Under the pieces are notes generated by a model. It saw only the letters and a program-made list of their open reading frames with translations, searched no databases and was not told the origin of the DNA. Both the position numbers and the translations under genes were made by a program. Shown here in pieces: positions 1-8,037 of a stretch of 64,000 nucleotides of DNA. The stretch comes from an uncultured Actinomycetota bacterium (GTDB taxonomy: Bacteria; Actinomycetota; Actinomycetes; Streptosporangiales; Streptosporangiaceae): NCBI GenBank assembly GCA_963836195.1, contig CAWIIX010000027.1, positions 22,574 through 86,573 on the forward strand, in the 5' to 3' direction. Every line of letters begins with the position of its first letter. Position 1 is the first letter of the stretch.

Positions 1-332
1 AGGTTCCGTTTCGGGTGGGTGAGGCGGATGCCCTGGGCGTTGGTGATCACCACGAACAGCGCGTGCGTCTCGCCCTGGACCTGACCCGCCAGCACCTGCA
101 GCTGGCCGCCCGGCCTGCCGTCCGCGGCCAGCGCGACCACGTTCTGCTCTCCCGCCAGCGTCTGCGCGATCGACAGCGATCGATGCTCGAACTGGTCGTT
201 GAGCTGCCCCAAGGTGTTCTGGTACATGACGATGAAGCCGCTGACCGCGGTCAGCAGCAGGATCGCCACCATCACGACGACGACCTGGGCGGAGAGGCGC
301 TGTCGTACGTGGTGCCAGAGGGGAAGCCGCAT
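1..332 (-). CDS. CitA/DcuS-family sensor histidine kinase, N-terminal part (runs off window edge)
   Basis: Manual translation MRLPLWHHVRQRLSAQVVVVMVAILLLTAVSG...LSIAQTLA...LFVVITNAQGIRLTHP: a TM helix plus sCache-type FVVI.N..GIR.THP motif; AGGAGG RBS before ATG at 332. Not in ORF track. Confidence 0.8.
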   Translation of the reverse strand, partial: MRLPLWHHVRQRLSAQVVVVMVAILLLTAVSGFIVMYQNTLGQLNDQFEHRSLSIAQTLAGEQNVVALAADGRPGGQLQVLAGQVQGETHALFVVITNAQGIRLTHPKRN

Positions 333-507
333 CGGTTCCTCCTCTCCACGGGACCTCGGCTGGGGTTACCGCAGTGTAACAACGGGGCAACGCCCCAGGA
401 ACAACCGCGGAAAATAGCAAAATGCGCACAAGTGGCAGAACGAGCCGTCGCTTCGCCCTCCCCCGGCGGCCGAGAGACACGGCAGGCCGGAAGGGCGAAG
501 CAACCTT

Positions 508-532
508 CCGTTCGGAGCGATGGGTTTGATCT
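508..532 (+). repeat. Dispersed intergenic motif CCGTTCG-N11-TTGATCT, copy 1
   Basis: CCGTTCG gagcgatgggt TTGATCT. Confidence 0.6.
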
Positions 533-621
533 AAATGCGCCAAAAGGCGCGCAGCGCGCTTTACGGCGAGGATTGAGCGCAATAGTGACGGCCGTCACGT
601 CCGTCGCTAGCGTCCTGGTTT

Positions 622-1488
622 GTGCGATCCAACACACCACGTGACCACCGCATCGAGCTATCGGGTGTCACCAAACGATTCCAGACGCCTGGCGGTGGCG
701 CGTTCACCGCCCTGCGTGACGTAACCATGACCGTCGAGCCCGGTGAGTTCTGCGCCGTGGTGGGGCCGTCGGGGTGCGGCAAGTCGACCACGCTGACCCT
801 GGTGGCCGGCCTTGACCAGGCCAGCGAGGGGACGGTGTCGGTCGGCGGGCAGCCGGTCTCCGGCATCGGGCGCGGCACCAGCTTCATGTTCCAGACCGAC
901 GCGCTGCTGCCGTGGAAGACGGTGCTCGGCAATGTGGCGATGGGGCCGCTGTTCCGCGGCGTCCCCAAGAAGCAGGCGCTTACCGACGCCCGGGACTGGC
1001 TGCGGATGGTCGGCCTGACCGGGTTCGAGGACCATCATCCGCACCAGCTGTCGGGCGGAATGCGCAAGCGGGTGGCGCTGGCGGCGGCGCTGATCAACGA
1101 GCCGTCGATCCTGCTGATGGACGAGCCGTTCGGCGCGCTCGATGTGCAGACCAAGGCGATCATGTCCACCGAGCTGCTGACGCTGTGGGACCAGTCGAGG
1201 CCGTCGGTGATCTTCGTCACCCACGACCTGGAGGAGGCGATCGCGCTCGCCGACAAGGTCGTGGTGATGACCGCCGGGCCCGGCACGGTCAAGGCGGTGT
1301 TCGACATTGACCTGCCCCGGCCGCGCGGGTCGGTGCAGGAGATCCGGTTCGGCCAGCGGTTCACCGAGCTGCACCACGAAATCTGGGAGTCGCTGCGCGA
1401 CGAGGTGACGCGGGCCTACGCCCGCGCCTCAGCCGCCCCGGCTGGCGTGGCCGGCCCCGGGGTCACCGTCGAGGAGGTGTCGTCATGA
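622..1488 (+). CDS. NitT/TauT-family ABC transporter ATP-binding protein
   Basis: Walker A GPSGCGKST, LSGGMRKR signature, LLMDEPFGALD, VTHDLEEA. Confidence 0.93.
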   Translation: MRSNTPRDHRIELSGVTKRFQTPGGGAFTALRDVTMTVEPGEFCAVVGPSGCGKSTTLTLVAGLDQASEGTVSVGGQPVSGIGRGTSFMFQTDALLPWKTVLGNVAMGPLFRGVPKKQALTDARDWLRMVGLTGFEDHHPHQLSGGMRKRVALAAALINEPSILLMDEPFGALDVQTKAIMSTELLTLWDQSRPSVIFVTHDLEEAIALADKVVVMTAGPGTVKAVFDIDLPRPRGSVQEIRFGQRFTELHHEIWESLRDEVTRAYARASAAPAGVAGPGVTVEEVSS

Positions 1489-2282
1489 CCAGCCGACGCG
1501 GCAAGGTCCTCGCGGCGCAGATCGCGGTGCTCATCTTCGTATTCGGCGGCTGGCAGCTGTTCACGACGCTGAAGATCGTGGACCCGTTCTTCTTCGGCAA
1601 GCCCAGCGGGATCGTGTCGCAGGCCGTGGACTGGGTGCGGCACGGCACCAGCTTCGGCTCGATCTGGCTGCAGATCGAGACCACCATGGAGGAAGCCGTC
1701 CTCGGGTTCCTCATCGGGGTGGCCTGCGGCATCGTGGCCGGCGTGCTGCTCGGTCAGGTGCGGTTCCTGTCCGAGGTCTTCAGCCCCTACATCAAGGCCG
1801 TCAACGCGCTGCCGCGCATCGTGCTCGGCACGCTCTTCATCATCATCCTCGGTCTTGGCATGTCGTCGAAGGTGGTCCTGGCCGCCTTCCTGGTCTTCTT
1901 CGTGGTCTTCTTCAACGCCTTCCAGGGCGTCCGTGAGGTGGACGGGAACCTGATCAACAACGCGCGGGTGCTCGGCGCGTCGCGGATGCAGCTGGTCCGC
2001 ACCGTGGTCATTCCGTCCGCGATGACCTGGATCATCGCGTCGCTGCACGTGGCCTTCGGGTTCGCGGTCATTGGCGCGGTGGTCGGAGAGGTGCTCGGCG
2101 CCCAGCACGGCCTCGGCGTGCTGATCTCTGACTCGGCCAACAACTTCAACGCCAACGGGGTCTTCGCCGGCATGATCATCATCGGCGCGCTCGCGCTAGT
2201 CGCCGAGTGGCTGATCAGCCTGCTCGAGCGGCGGGTGCTGGCCTGGCGGCCGCAGATGGCGACCGAGGCCTCCGCGGTCTGA
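1485..2282 (+). CDS. NitT/TauT-family ABC transporter permease
   Basis: Six hydrophobic segments, EAA-like loop INNARVLGASR, GAVVGE motif; ATGA overlap with the upstream gene. Confidence 0.93.
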   Translation: MTSRRGKVLAAQIAVLIFVFGGWQLFTTLKIVDPFFFGKPSGIVSQAVDWVRHGTSFGSIWLQIETTMEEAVLGFLIGVACGIVAGVLLGQVRFLSEVFSPYIKAVNALPRIVLGTLFIIILGLGMSSKVVLAAFLVFFVVFFNAFQGVREVDGNLINNARVLGASRMQLVRTVVIPSAMTWIIASLHVAFGFAVIGAVVGEVLGAQHGLGVLISDSANNFNANGVFAGMIIIGALALVAEWLISLLERRVLAWRPQMATEASAV

Positions 2283-2351
2283 GCGGCTCCGTCTCGCTCC
2301 CTCTCATCTTTCTCGTTTGTTTTCTCTCACCTCAACAACAGGAGTAGCACC

Positions 2352-3452
2352 ATGCGAAAAATCGGTCTCAGAAGAGGCGCCCTGGCGGCCGTGGCGGCCG
2401 CCTGCGCCACCGTGCTTACCGTGGCCGCGTGCTCGTCGGGCAGCAGCAGCACGGCCGCGTCCACCACTGGCGGCGGCGGTTCCACGTCGAGTGCCGGCCT
2501 GCCCACCGTCACGATGATGGTCGGCGGCATCAACAAGCAGATCTACCTGCCCTATCAGCTCGCGCAGAGCCTCGGGTTCTACAAGAAGTACGGCGTCAAC
2601 ATGGTGCTGTCGAACGAGGTGGCGGGCGGCGTCGGCGCGGAGACGGCCATGGCGTCCGGGCAGGTCGACCTGGCTGGCGCCTGGTACGTGCACACGATCA
2701 ACTTCCAGCTCCAGGGCAAGGCCGTGGTGGACGTAGCGCAGCTGTCCGGGTCGCCGGGCGAGCGGATCATGTGCGCCACCGGCACCCACATCACCTCGCC
2801 GTCGCAGTGGAAGGGGCAGTCGATCGGGGTGACCGACCTCGGGTCTGGCACCGACCAGCTCACCCAGTACCTGGCCGCTAGGTACGGCCTGAAGACCGGC
2901 GAGTACTCCAGGATCGCGGCCGGCGACGGCTCCACCATGATCGCCGCGCTTCAGCACCACAAGATCCTCTGCGGCATGACCACCCAGCCGACGGTCGCCG
3001 CGATCGAGAAGCTGGGCATCGGCTACCCGGCGTTCGACCTCACCACCACCGCCGGGGTGCAGAAGTGGCTCGGCGGCTTCACGCCCACCGCCGGCGTGCT
3101 CGGGCTGACCAGTTGGGTGAACGCCAACCAGGCGACCGTGCAGAAGGTCGTCGACGCGATCGTCGCCACCATGCACTGGCTCGCCACCCACAGTGCGGCC
3201 GACGTCGCCAACGTGCTTCCGCCGAGCTTCGTCAACAACGCGCTCGTCACTAAGGCGACCTATATCTCGACCCTCGCCACGGACAAGTCCCAGTTCCTGC
3301 CCAACGGGATCATGCCGGCCGACGGCCCGACGGTGATCATGGCCATCAGCAAGCTGGCGGGCGTCATCACCGGCCCGGTCAACCTGCCCGCGACCTACAC
3401 CAACTCGTACGCGCTGGCGGCGAACAAGCTCCTCGGCCTCCCGGCCAGCTAG
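2352..3452 (+). CDS. NitT/TauT (NMT1/THI5-like) substrate-binding lipoprotein
   Basis: Lipobox VAAC, Ser/Thr/Gly linker, IYLPYQLAQSLGFY, GVTDLGSGTD; AGGAG RBS. Confidence 0.9.
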   Translation: MRKIGLRRGALAAVAAACATVLTVAACSSGSSSTAASTTGGGGSTSSAGLPTVTMMVGGINKQIYLPYQLAQSLGFYKKYGVNMVLSNEVAGGVGAETAMASGQVDLAGAWYVHTINFQLQGKAVVDVAQLSGSPGERIMCATGTHITSPSQWKGQSIGVTDLGSGTDQLTQYLAARYGLKTGEYSRIAAGDGSTMIAALQHHKILCGMTTQPTVAAIEKLGIGYPAFDLTTTAGVQKWLGGFTPTAGVLGLTSWVNANQATVQKVVDAIVATMHWLATHSAADVANVLPPSFVNNALVTKATYISTLATDKSQFLPNGIMPADGPTVIMAISKLAGVITGPVNLPATYTNSYALAANKLLGLPAS

Positions 3453-3544
3453 CGGCTGCCACCGCCTCGCTCGGTGAGCCGAGTGCGCATGCGGGCCGGG
3501 CATGGGAGCGGTTCACCGCGTCGCTACGTAGGCCCTCGCAAACA

Positions 3545-3578
3545 CGGAAGCCAGCCGCCGATTGGCGGCTGGCTTCCG
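3545..3578. terminator. Perfect 15-bp stem-loop, likely intrinsic terminator between convergent units
   Basis: CGGAAGCCAGCCGCC-GATT-GGCGGCTGGCTTCCG. Confidence 0.7.
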
Positions 3579-3680
3579 GCTGTTCACATAACCCGCGTCA
3601 ACCTGCGGACTCGCCAGACTCCCGCGCCTACGTGCGATAGCGGGCCGACGCAGGGTCGATCGTGAGCCGGTCCCTTCAAC

Positions 3681-3749
3681 GTGGAACCACGGTCCGTTCG
3701 AGATAAGGATCTTGATCTTCAAAAATCCGAAACATGAGCTCGAACGGAC
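3681..3749 (+). repeat. Dispersed motif copy 2, with an internal 11-bp inverted repeat
   Basis: CACGGTCCGTTCG agataaggatc TTGATCTTC; GTCCGTTCGAG (3692) ... CTCGAACGGAC (3749); 36/40 identical to 32526-32565. Confidence 0.75.
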
Positions 3750-3879
3750 GCGTGCTTTCGCGCCATCGGCCAGGGGCAGTGCCATGGTGGCCTGCCGGTA
3801 GGGCGGATTCTGGCCGACTCGCAATTGTGGCAGCGCCGGGCGGATGATGTCCTGAACGGTCATGAGGGGGCTGCGGTTA

Positions 3880-5565
3880 TTACACGCCGACTCCTCTGAA
3901 ACCGTCGAGGGTATAGCGGAAGAGTTCGCCGAGCTCACCTCGGACCGATGAACGAGGCTGCACGCGGACCGAATCCGGCGGGAGCGGCGGTCGGGAGAGC
4001 GGACTCGGCGGACCCGGCGGCAGTTGCCCGGGGACCGGATTCGGTGCCGGAGGCTGCCCGGGGAGCATGGTCGGCGGCGGCATGGCGGGCGGGCGCTGCC
4101 CGGGGACCGGATTCGGTGGCGCAGGCTGCCCGGGAAGCATGGTCGGCGGGGCCATGGCGGGCGGGCGCGGCGAAGCAGGCTTCCTCGGGCAGAGCAGATA
4201 GTGCTTCATTACGGCCGGGAAACGTTCGAACATCAGGTTCCGGGGACGCTCCCAGGTGATGCCGACCTCCGCGCATACCTCCCGGACCGTGGCCTCGCTG
4301 GCAAGGTTGGCGAACCCAGAGCCATGCCACGGCAGGACGTGGTGGACGCGGTGCGGGCTTAGACCGGCGGAGAGGAAGAGGTCAATCCAGCGGTTGCCGA
4401 CCACGCTCAGGTCGTAGCTCAAGCAGATCTGCTGAGCTGCCCAGTCATTGCGTAGCGGCACGGGGATCAGCGCGAGTTCATCCTCGGTGACCGACTCCTC
4501 GAAGTCATGGCTCGCCACGACAAGGAAGGTGTTGAACCACAAGGTCAGGAAGAACTGGATCAGCCAGGCGAGGATGTGACCGGTCGCCAAGCAAAGGGCG
4601 AACTCGGCTACTAGCCACGCACGGATGAGCCAGAAGTCTGCCCGACCCGGGTCCCTGGTGATTGGCTCGGCGGTCTGGCCGGGCTTGGGACGCTCGAACT
4701 TGGCGATCTCCCTTGCCCGGAACGGCAGCCCGGTCAGGCATATGCCGAGTTTGTGGAGGGTGTAGCCCGGGACCCGGAGTATTGGATGCAGCCGGAGCAT
4801 GCCATCGAAGAACGTCTTCTTCACATCGGCTCCGGAGCCGAGGTAAGGATGGTGTAGCAGCACGTGCCCGTCGCTTCCGATCAGGCTCGTGCCGACGTAG
4901 TTGATGTCGAAAAGCGCTTTTCCGAACGGCAGCGTGAACCGGTGACCCCGCCGCTGCTTCCACTTCCGGTGGAGATGGTAATGACCCGCGCCGGCCAGCC
5001 CGGTTCGCGTCACCACCATGATGATGATGAATGCCCAGGCAGGTATTATGCTGGCAATCAGGAGGGCCAGCGCGGCGACATGCGCGATACCGATGGCCCA
5101 GGTCACCGCGTCAAACGCGTGGTCGTACTTTTTCAGGGTCCGCGTGGAGAACCTGGCGTTCACCCTGGTACGGATCTCCGCGAGCAAGCTTTCCTTATCG
5201 CCATAATTCAGTTTCGGCAGATCCGTTCGAGCGTCGAAATCCGGCGCCAACAGGAAGGGGGGTACCCCAAGTTTCGGCAGTACGTCGCTCTCGGTGATCC
5301 GGCGTGCTGCGCCGGATTCTTTAATCTCGTATTTCGCGAGGATCCTCTGCAGCCGGGCCGGCTCCCTGTGGTACGTGTGGAGCAGGGCGCTGATATCCCG
5401 ACCTTGAGTTTGCTGAAACCACATCGATCCGCCCGGGTGAATGGTCATCCACTCGGTGAAATCGTAAGCGCGTCCGTCCACGATCCAGAAGGGCTGACCT
5501 TGGGGAAGCGTGGTGCCCGTATAGGGCGAGCTGCGAGGTGCCCTGCGGCTGAGGGTTTCTGACAT
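3880..5565 (-). CDS. Cytochrome b5-fused membrane fatty acid desaturase-family protein with Pro-rich tail
   Basis: N-terminal b5 motif WIVDGRAYDFTEW..IHPGG; His boxes HYHLH, HVLLHH, HRVHH; TM helices. Confidence 0.85.
   Translation of the reverse strand: MSETLSRRAPRSSPYTGTTLPQGQPFWIVDGRAYDFTEWMTIHPGGSMWFQQTQGRDISALLHTYHREPARLQRILAKYEIKESGAARRITESDVLPKLGVPPFLLAPDFDARTDLPKLNYGDKESLLAEIRTRVNARFSTRTLKKYDHAFDAVTWAIGIAHVAALALLIASIIPAWAFIIIMVVTRTGLAGAGHYHLHRKWKQRRGHRFTLPFGKALFDINYVGTSLIGSDGHVLLHHPYLGSGADVKKTFFDGMLRLHPILRVPGYTLHKLGICLTGLPFRAREIAKFERPKPGQTAEPITRDPGRADFWLIRAWLVAEFALCLATGHILAWLIQFFLTLWFNTFLVVASHDFEESVTEDELALIPVPLRNDWAAQQICLSYDLSVVGNRWIDLFLSAGLSPHRVHHVLPWHGSGFANLASEATVREVCAEVGITWERPRNLMFERFPAVMKHYLLCPRKPASPRPPAMAPPTMLPGQPAPPNPVPGQRPPAMPPPTMLPGQPPAPNPVPGQLPPGPPSPLSRPPLPPDSVRVQPRSSVRGELGELFRYTLDGFRGVGV
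4025..4168 (-). repeat. 72-bp tandem duplication encoding a 24-aa Pro-rich unit
   Basis: RPPAMAPPTMLPGQPAPPNPVPGQ / RPPAMPPPTMLPGQPPAPNPVPGQ; units start at 4025 and 4097. Confidence 0.9.
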
Positions 5566-5618
5566 TGACTACTCCTTCGCGCGCGGCTGCCTGGCACTGC
5601 GTTTACGGATCGCGCTCA

Positions 5619-6779
5619 TCACGCCCCGGCCTGCCCGAATTGGAACAGCGCGGTTTCGATCTGGGCTCCCGGGCCCATCGTGACCATGACGCCCAGGTCG
5701 CCAGCCGACACGCAGCCTTCCGCGAGCAGGCGTTCCAGGCTGACCAGGAAGCTGCCGCTCGAGATGTTCCCGTAGTCGCGCAGCACGGCGCGCGTATGCC
5801 GGACATCGTGCTCATCGAGGCCAATGCTGAGCTTGACGGAGTCGATCACCGCACCGCCGCCGGTGTGCAGCACCCAGTGCTTGATGTCGGAGAAATCCAG
5901 GCCGTTCCGCACTAGCAGCCTTTCCAGGGGCTCGCGGACATTGAAGCCGATCACATAAGGGATGTCCCGGTCGATGTAGAAGCTCCATTTCCCGGCACTA
6001 TCGTTCCAGTCGAACCGCATGGACGCCCATTGCTCGGGCACGCAAAAGCTCTCGAAATCGAGCACGCAAGGCACCGGTCCGGACGGCAGCGGTCCTGTGC
6101 CGTTCTCGACATAGCTGGTGAGGACCGCCGCGGCCGCTCCGTCGCCGAAGAGGCTGTTGACGATGCCGGTGCGCACGGTCTCATCAACAAAGTACATCGC
6201 GGAGTTAATCTCGCAGCAGACCAGGAGCGCCACCCGGCCTGGATGGTTCTTGACCCACTGGACGAGCGGGTTCATCCCATTCAGGCCCGCGTTGCATCCC
6301 ATTCCAACGACGTCCGCCCGGACGAGCTTGCGGTCAAACCCGAGTTCGCGCGAGAAGAGCGAACTGAGCCCCGGAACCATGAAGCCGCTTGAAGTAACGC
6401 ACAGCATGTAGTCGACGTCCGCTGGAGACAGGAATACGGCGTCCAGGGCATTACGGATCGCGCGCGATCCGATCTCGAGTGCTCCGTCCCGGAACTTGGC
6501 ATGTAGGTCGGCTGGGGACTCTTGGAGCAAGGACCCAGTCCGGGCGTCTTTCCCCGGAAGGTAAAGGTGCCTCTTCTGAATATGTGGCGAACGGAGAAGT
6601 TTCTTTACGGCCCTGTTCTCCAGACCGAGGAGAGCTCCGATCTCGTCTTGCGAATAAGACTGGTCCGGAAATGCGCTCCCGACCGAAGCGATCGCTGCCG
6701 CCCGGTCCCGCGAGGAGTCCGGGCGGCGAACTTGGGTTGACCTCAGGTCTGACTGAACGCATGGATTCTCTCGGGCCAT
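5619..6779 (-). CDS. Type III polyketide synthase, DpgA-like
   Basis: Cys-His-Asn triad contexts VVGMGCNAGLNG, LHTGG, YGNISSGSFL; C-terminal TMGPGAQIETAL. These resemble DpgA-clade motifs as I recall them. Confidence 0.88.
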   Translation of the reverse strand: MARENPCVQSDLRSTQVRRPDSSRDRAAAIASVGSAFPDQSYSQDEIGALLGLENRAVKKLLRSPHIQKRHLYLPGKDARTGSLLQESPADLHAKFRDGALEIGSRAIRNALDAVFLSPADVDYMLCVTSSGFMVPGLSSLFSRELGFDRKLVRADVVGMGCNAGLNGMNPLVQWVKNHPGRVALLVCCEINSAMYFVDETVRTGIVNSLFGDGAAAAVLTSYVENGTGPLPSGPVPCVLDFESFCVPEQWASMRFDWNDSAGKWSFYIDRDIPYVIGFNVREPLERLLVRNGLDFSDIKHWVLHTGGGAVIDSVKLSIGLDEHDVRHTRAVLRDYGNISSGSFLVSLERLLAEGCVSAGDLGVMVTMGPGAQIETALFQFGQAGA

Positions 6780-7017
6780 GTAGAGAGCTCCCCGTGCATG
6801 GCTACGCCCCTAGCGTAGGCTCAGGAACAGGGTACGACGGTGCGTACCGATGCGACAAGCCTGCCCACGTTCCGCGTCATTCGCTGGCCCTGGAGGCCGG
6901 TGCGTGCTGAAGGCGAATTTCGGTTTCCTCTCTAAGCGGAGACCGTATCAATTGTCAATTCTGCATCACTGACCACAGCGAGCCGCTACTGAAGCCCGGG
7001 GCCGGTAAACTTTCCGC

Positions 7018-8037
7018 ATGCGCCCTGCCCCAATCCACTATCAATCGCCTGACGAGGACAGCGGCCGGTGGCTCGGCTTTCGCTTCCGGCCTGGTGACAT
7101 TGTGATCAGCACCCGGCGTAAGACCGGGACGACCTGGATGCAGATGATCTGCGCGCTGCTTATCTTCCAGACGCCCGAGCTGCCGGATTCCCTCTGGCAC
7201 CTCTCGCCGTGGCTGGATAACCTGGGCGTCCCGCTTGGTTTCCAGTATGGCCTGCTCGCCGAGCAGCAGCACCGGCGCTTCATCAAGACGCACACGCCGC
7301 TTGACGGGATTCCGCTCCACCCCGAGGTCACCTATATCGTTACGGCCCGGCATCCGCTCGACACGTTCGTGTCGCTCTGCCGTCACAACGAAATCATCGG
7401 CCACCCGCCAGAGGGTTCTGGCCCTCCGCCGCCGGTAAAGCACCGCACCGGCCAGCCCAGGCCGCCGATGCCGGGCAGGCCACACATGCCGGACCAGCGG
7501 CACAATCCTCCTATATTCCCCGCCCGCCCCAAGCCTCCGCCCATGCCGGCGACGGTGCCCGCACCGCCTCTGTCACCCGAGATGCTGCACGACGCCCTGC
7601 TCGGCTGGATCGCCGACGATGACGATTCCCGCCGGAACCTTGACTCACTGCCTGGCGTCCTGTGGCACCTGTCAGATGCCTGGGCCAGGCGAGACGCGCC
7701 GAATGTACTGCTGGTGCACTACGACAACCTGCTCGCAGACCTGGAGGGCCAGATGCGCTGGCTCGCCGGGAGGCTCGGGGTAGCCGTCCCGGAGAATGCC
7801 TGGCCCGCGCTCACCCAGGCGGCCACGTTGAGGAGGATGCGGGACAGCGCGCAGAGCCTTATCCCGACGCCGCCGGGAGTGGTCAAAGACGCTGCCTCCT
7901 TCTTCCGCCGCGGTACCTCGGGGGCCGGACGCGAGATTCTCAGCGACGAGGAGATGGCTGGCTACTACGCGCGTGCCGCCCAACTGGCTCCGCCTGACAT
8001 GCTCGAATGGCTGCACTCGCCGGTCACGGGGTGTTGA
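7018..8037 (+). CDS. PAPS-dependent sulfotransferase (Sulfotransfer_1) with Pro-rich insertion
   Basis: 5-prime PSB loop DIVISTRRKTGTTW, SPWLD, RFIKTHTP, RHPLDTFVS, VHYDNLLADL, FFRRGTSG. Confidence 0.9.
   Translation: MRPAPIHYQSPDEDSGRWLGFRFRPGDIVISTRRKTGTTWMQMICALLIFQTPELPDSLWHLSPWLDNLGVPLGFQYGLLAEQQHRRFIKTHTPLDGIPLHPEVTYIVTARHPLDTFVSLCRHNEIIGHPPEGSGPPPPVKHRTGQPRPPMPGRPHMPDQRHNPPIFPARPKPPPMPATVPAPPLSPEMLHDALLGWIADDDDSRRNLDSLPGVLWHLSDAWARRDAPNVLLVHYDNLLADLEGQMRWLAGRLGVAVPENAWPALTQAATLRRMRDSAQSLIPTPPGVVKDAASFFRRGTSGAGREILSDEEMAGYYARAAQLAPPDMLEWLHSPVTGC

Noticed and set aside
5619-6779. Glycopeptide or dihydroxyphenylglycine cluster (dpgA)
   Set aside because: No dpgB/C/D, aminotransferase or NRPS in the window, so the gene symbol is withheld.
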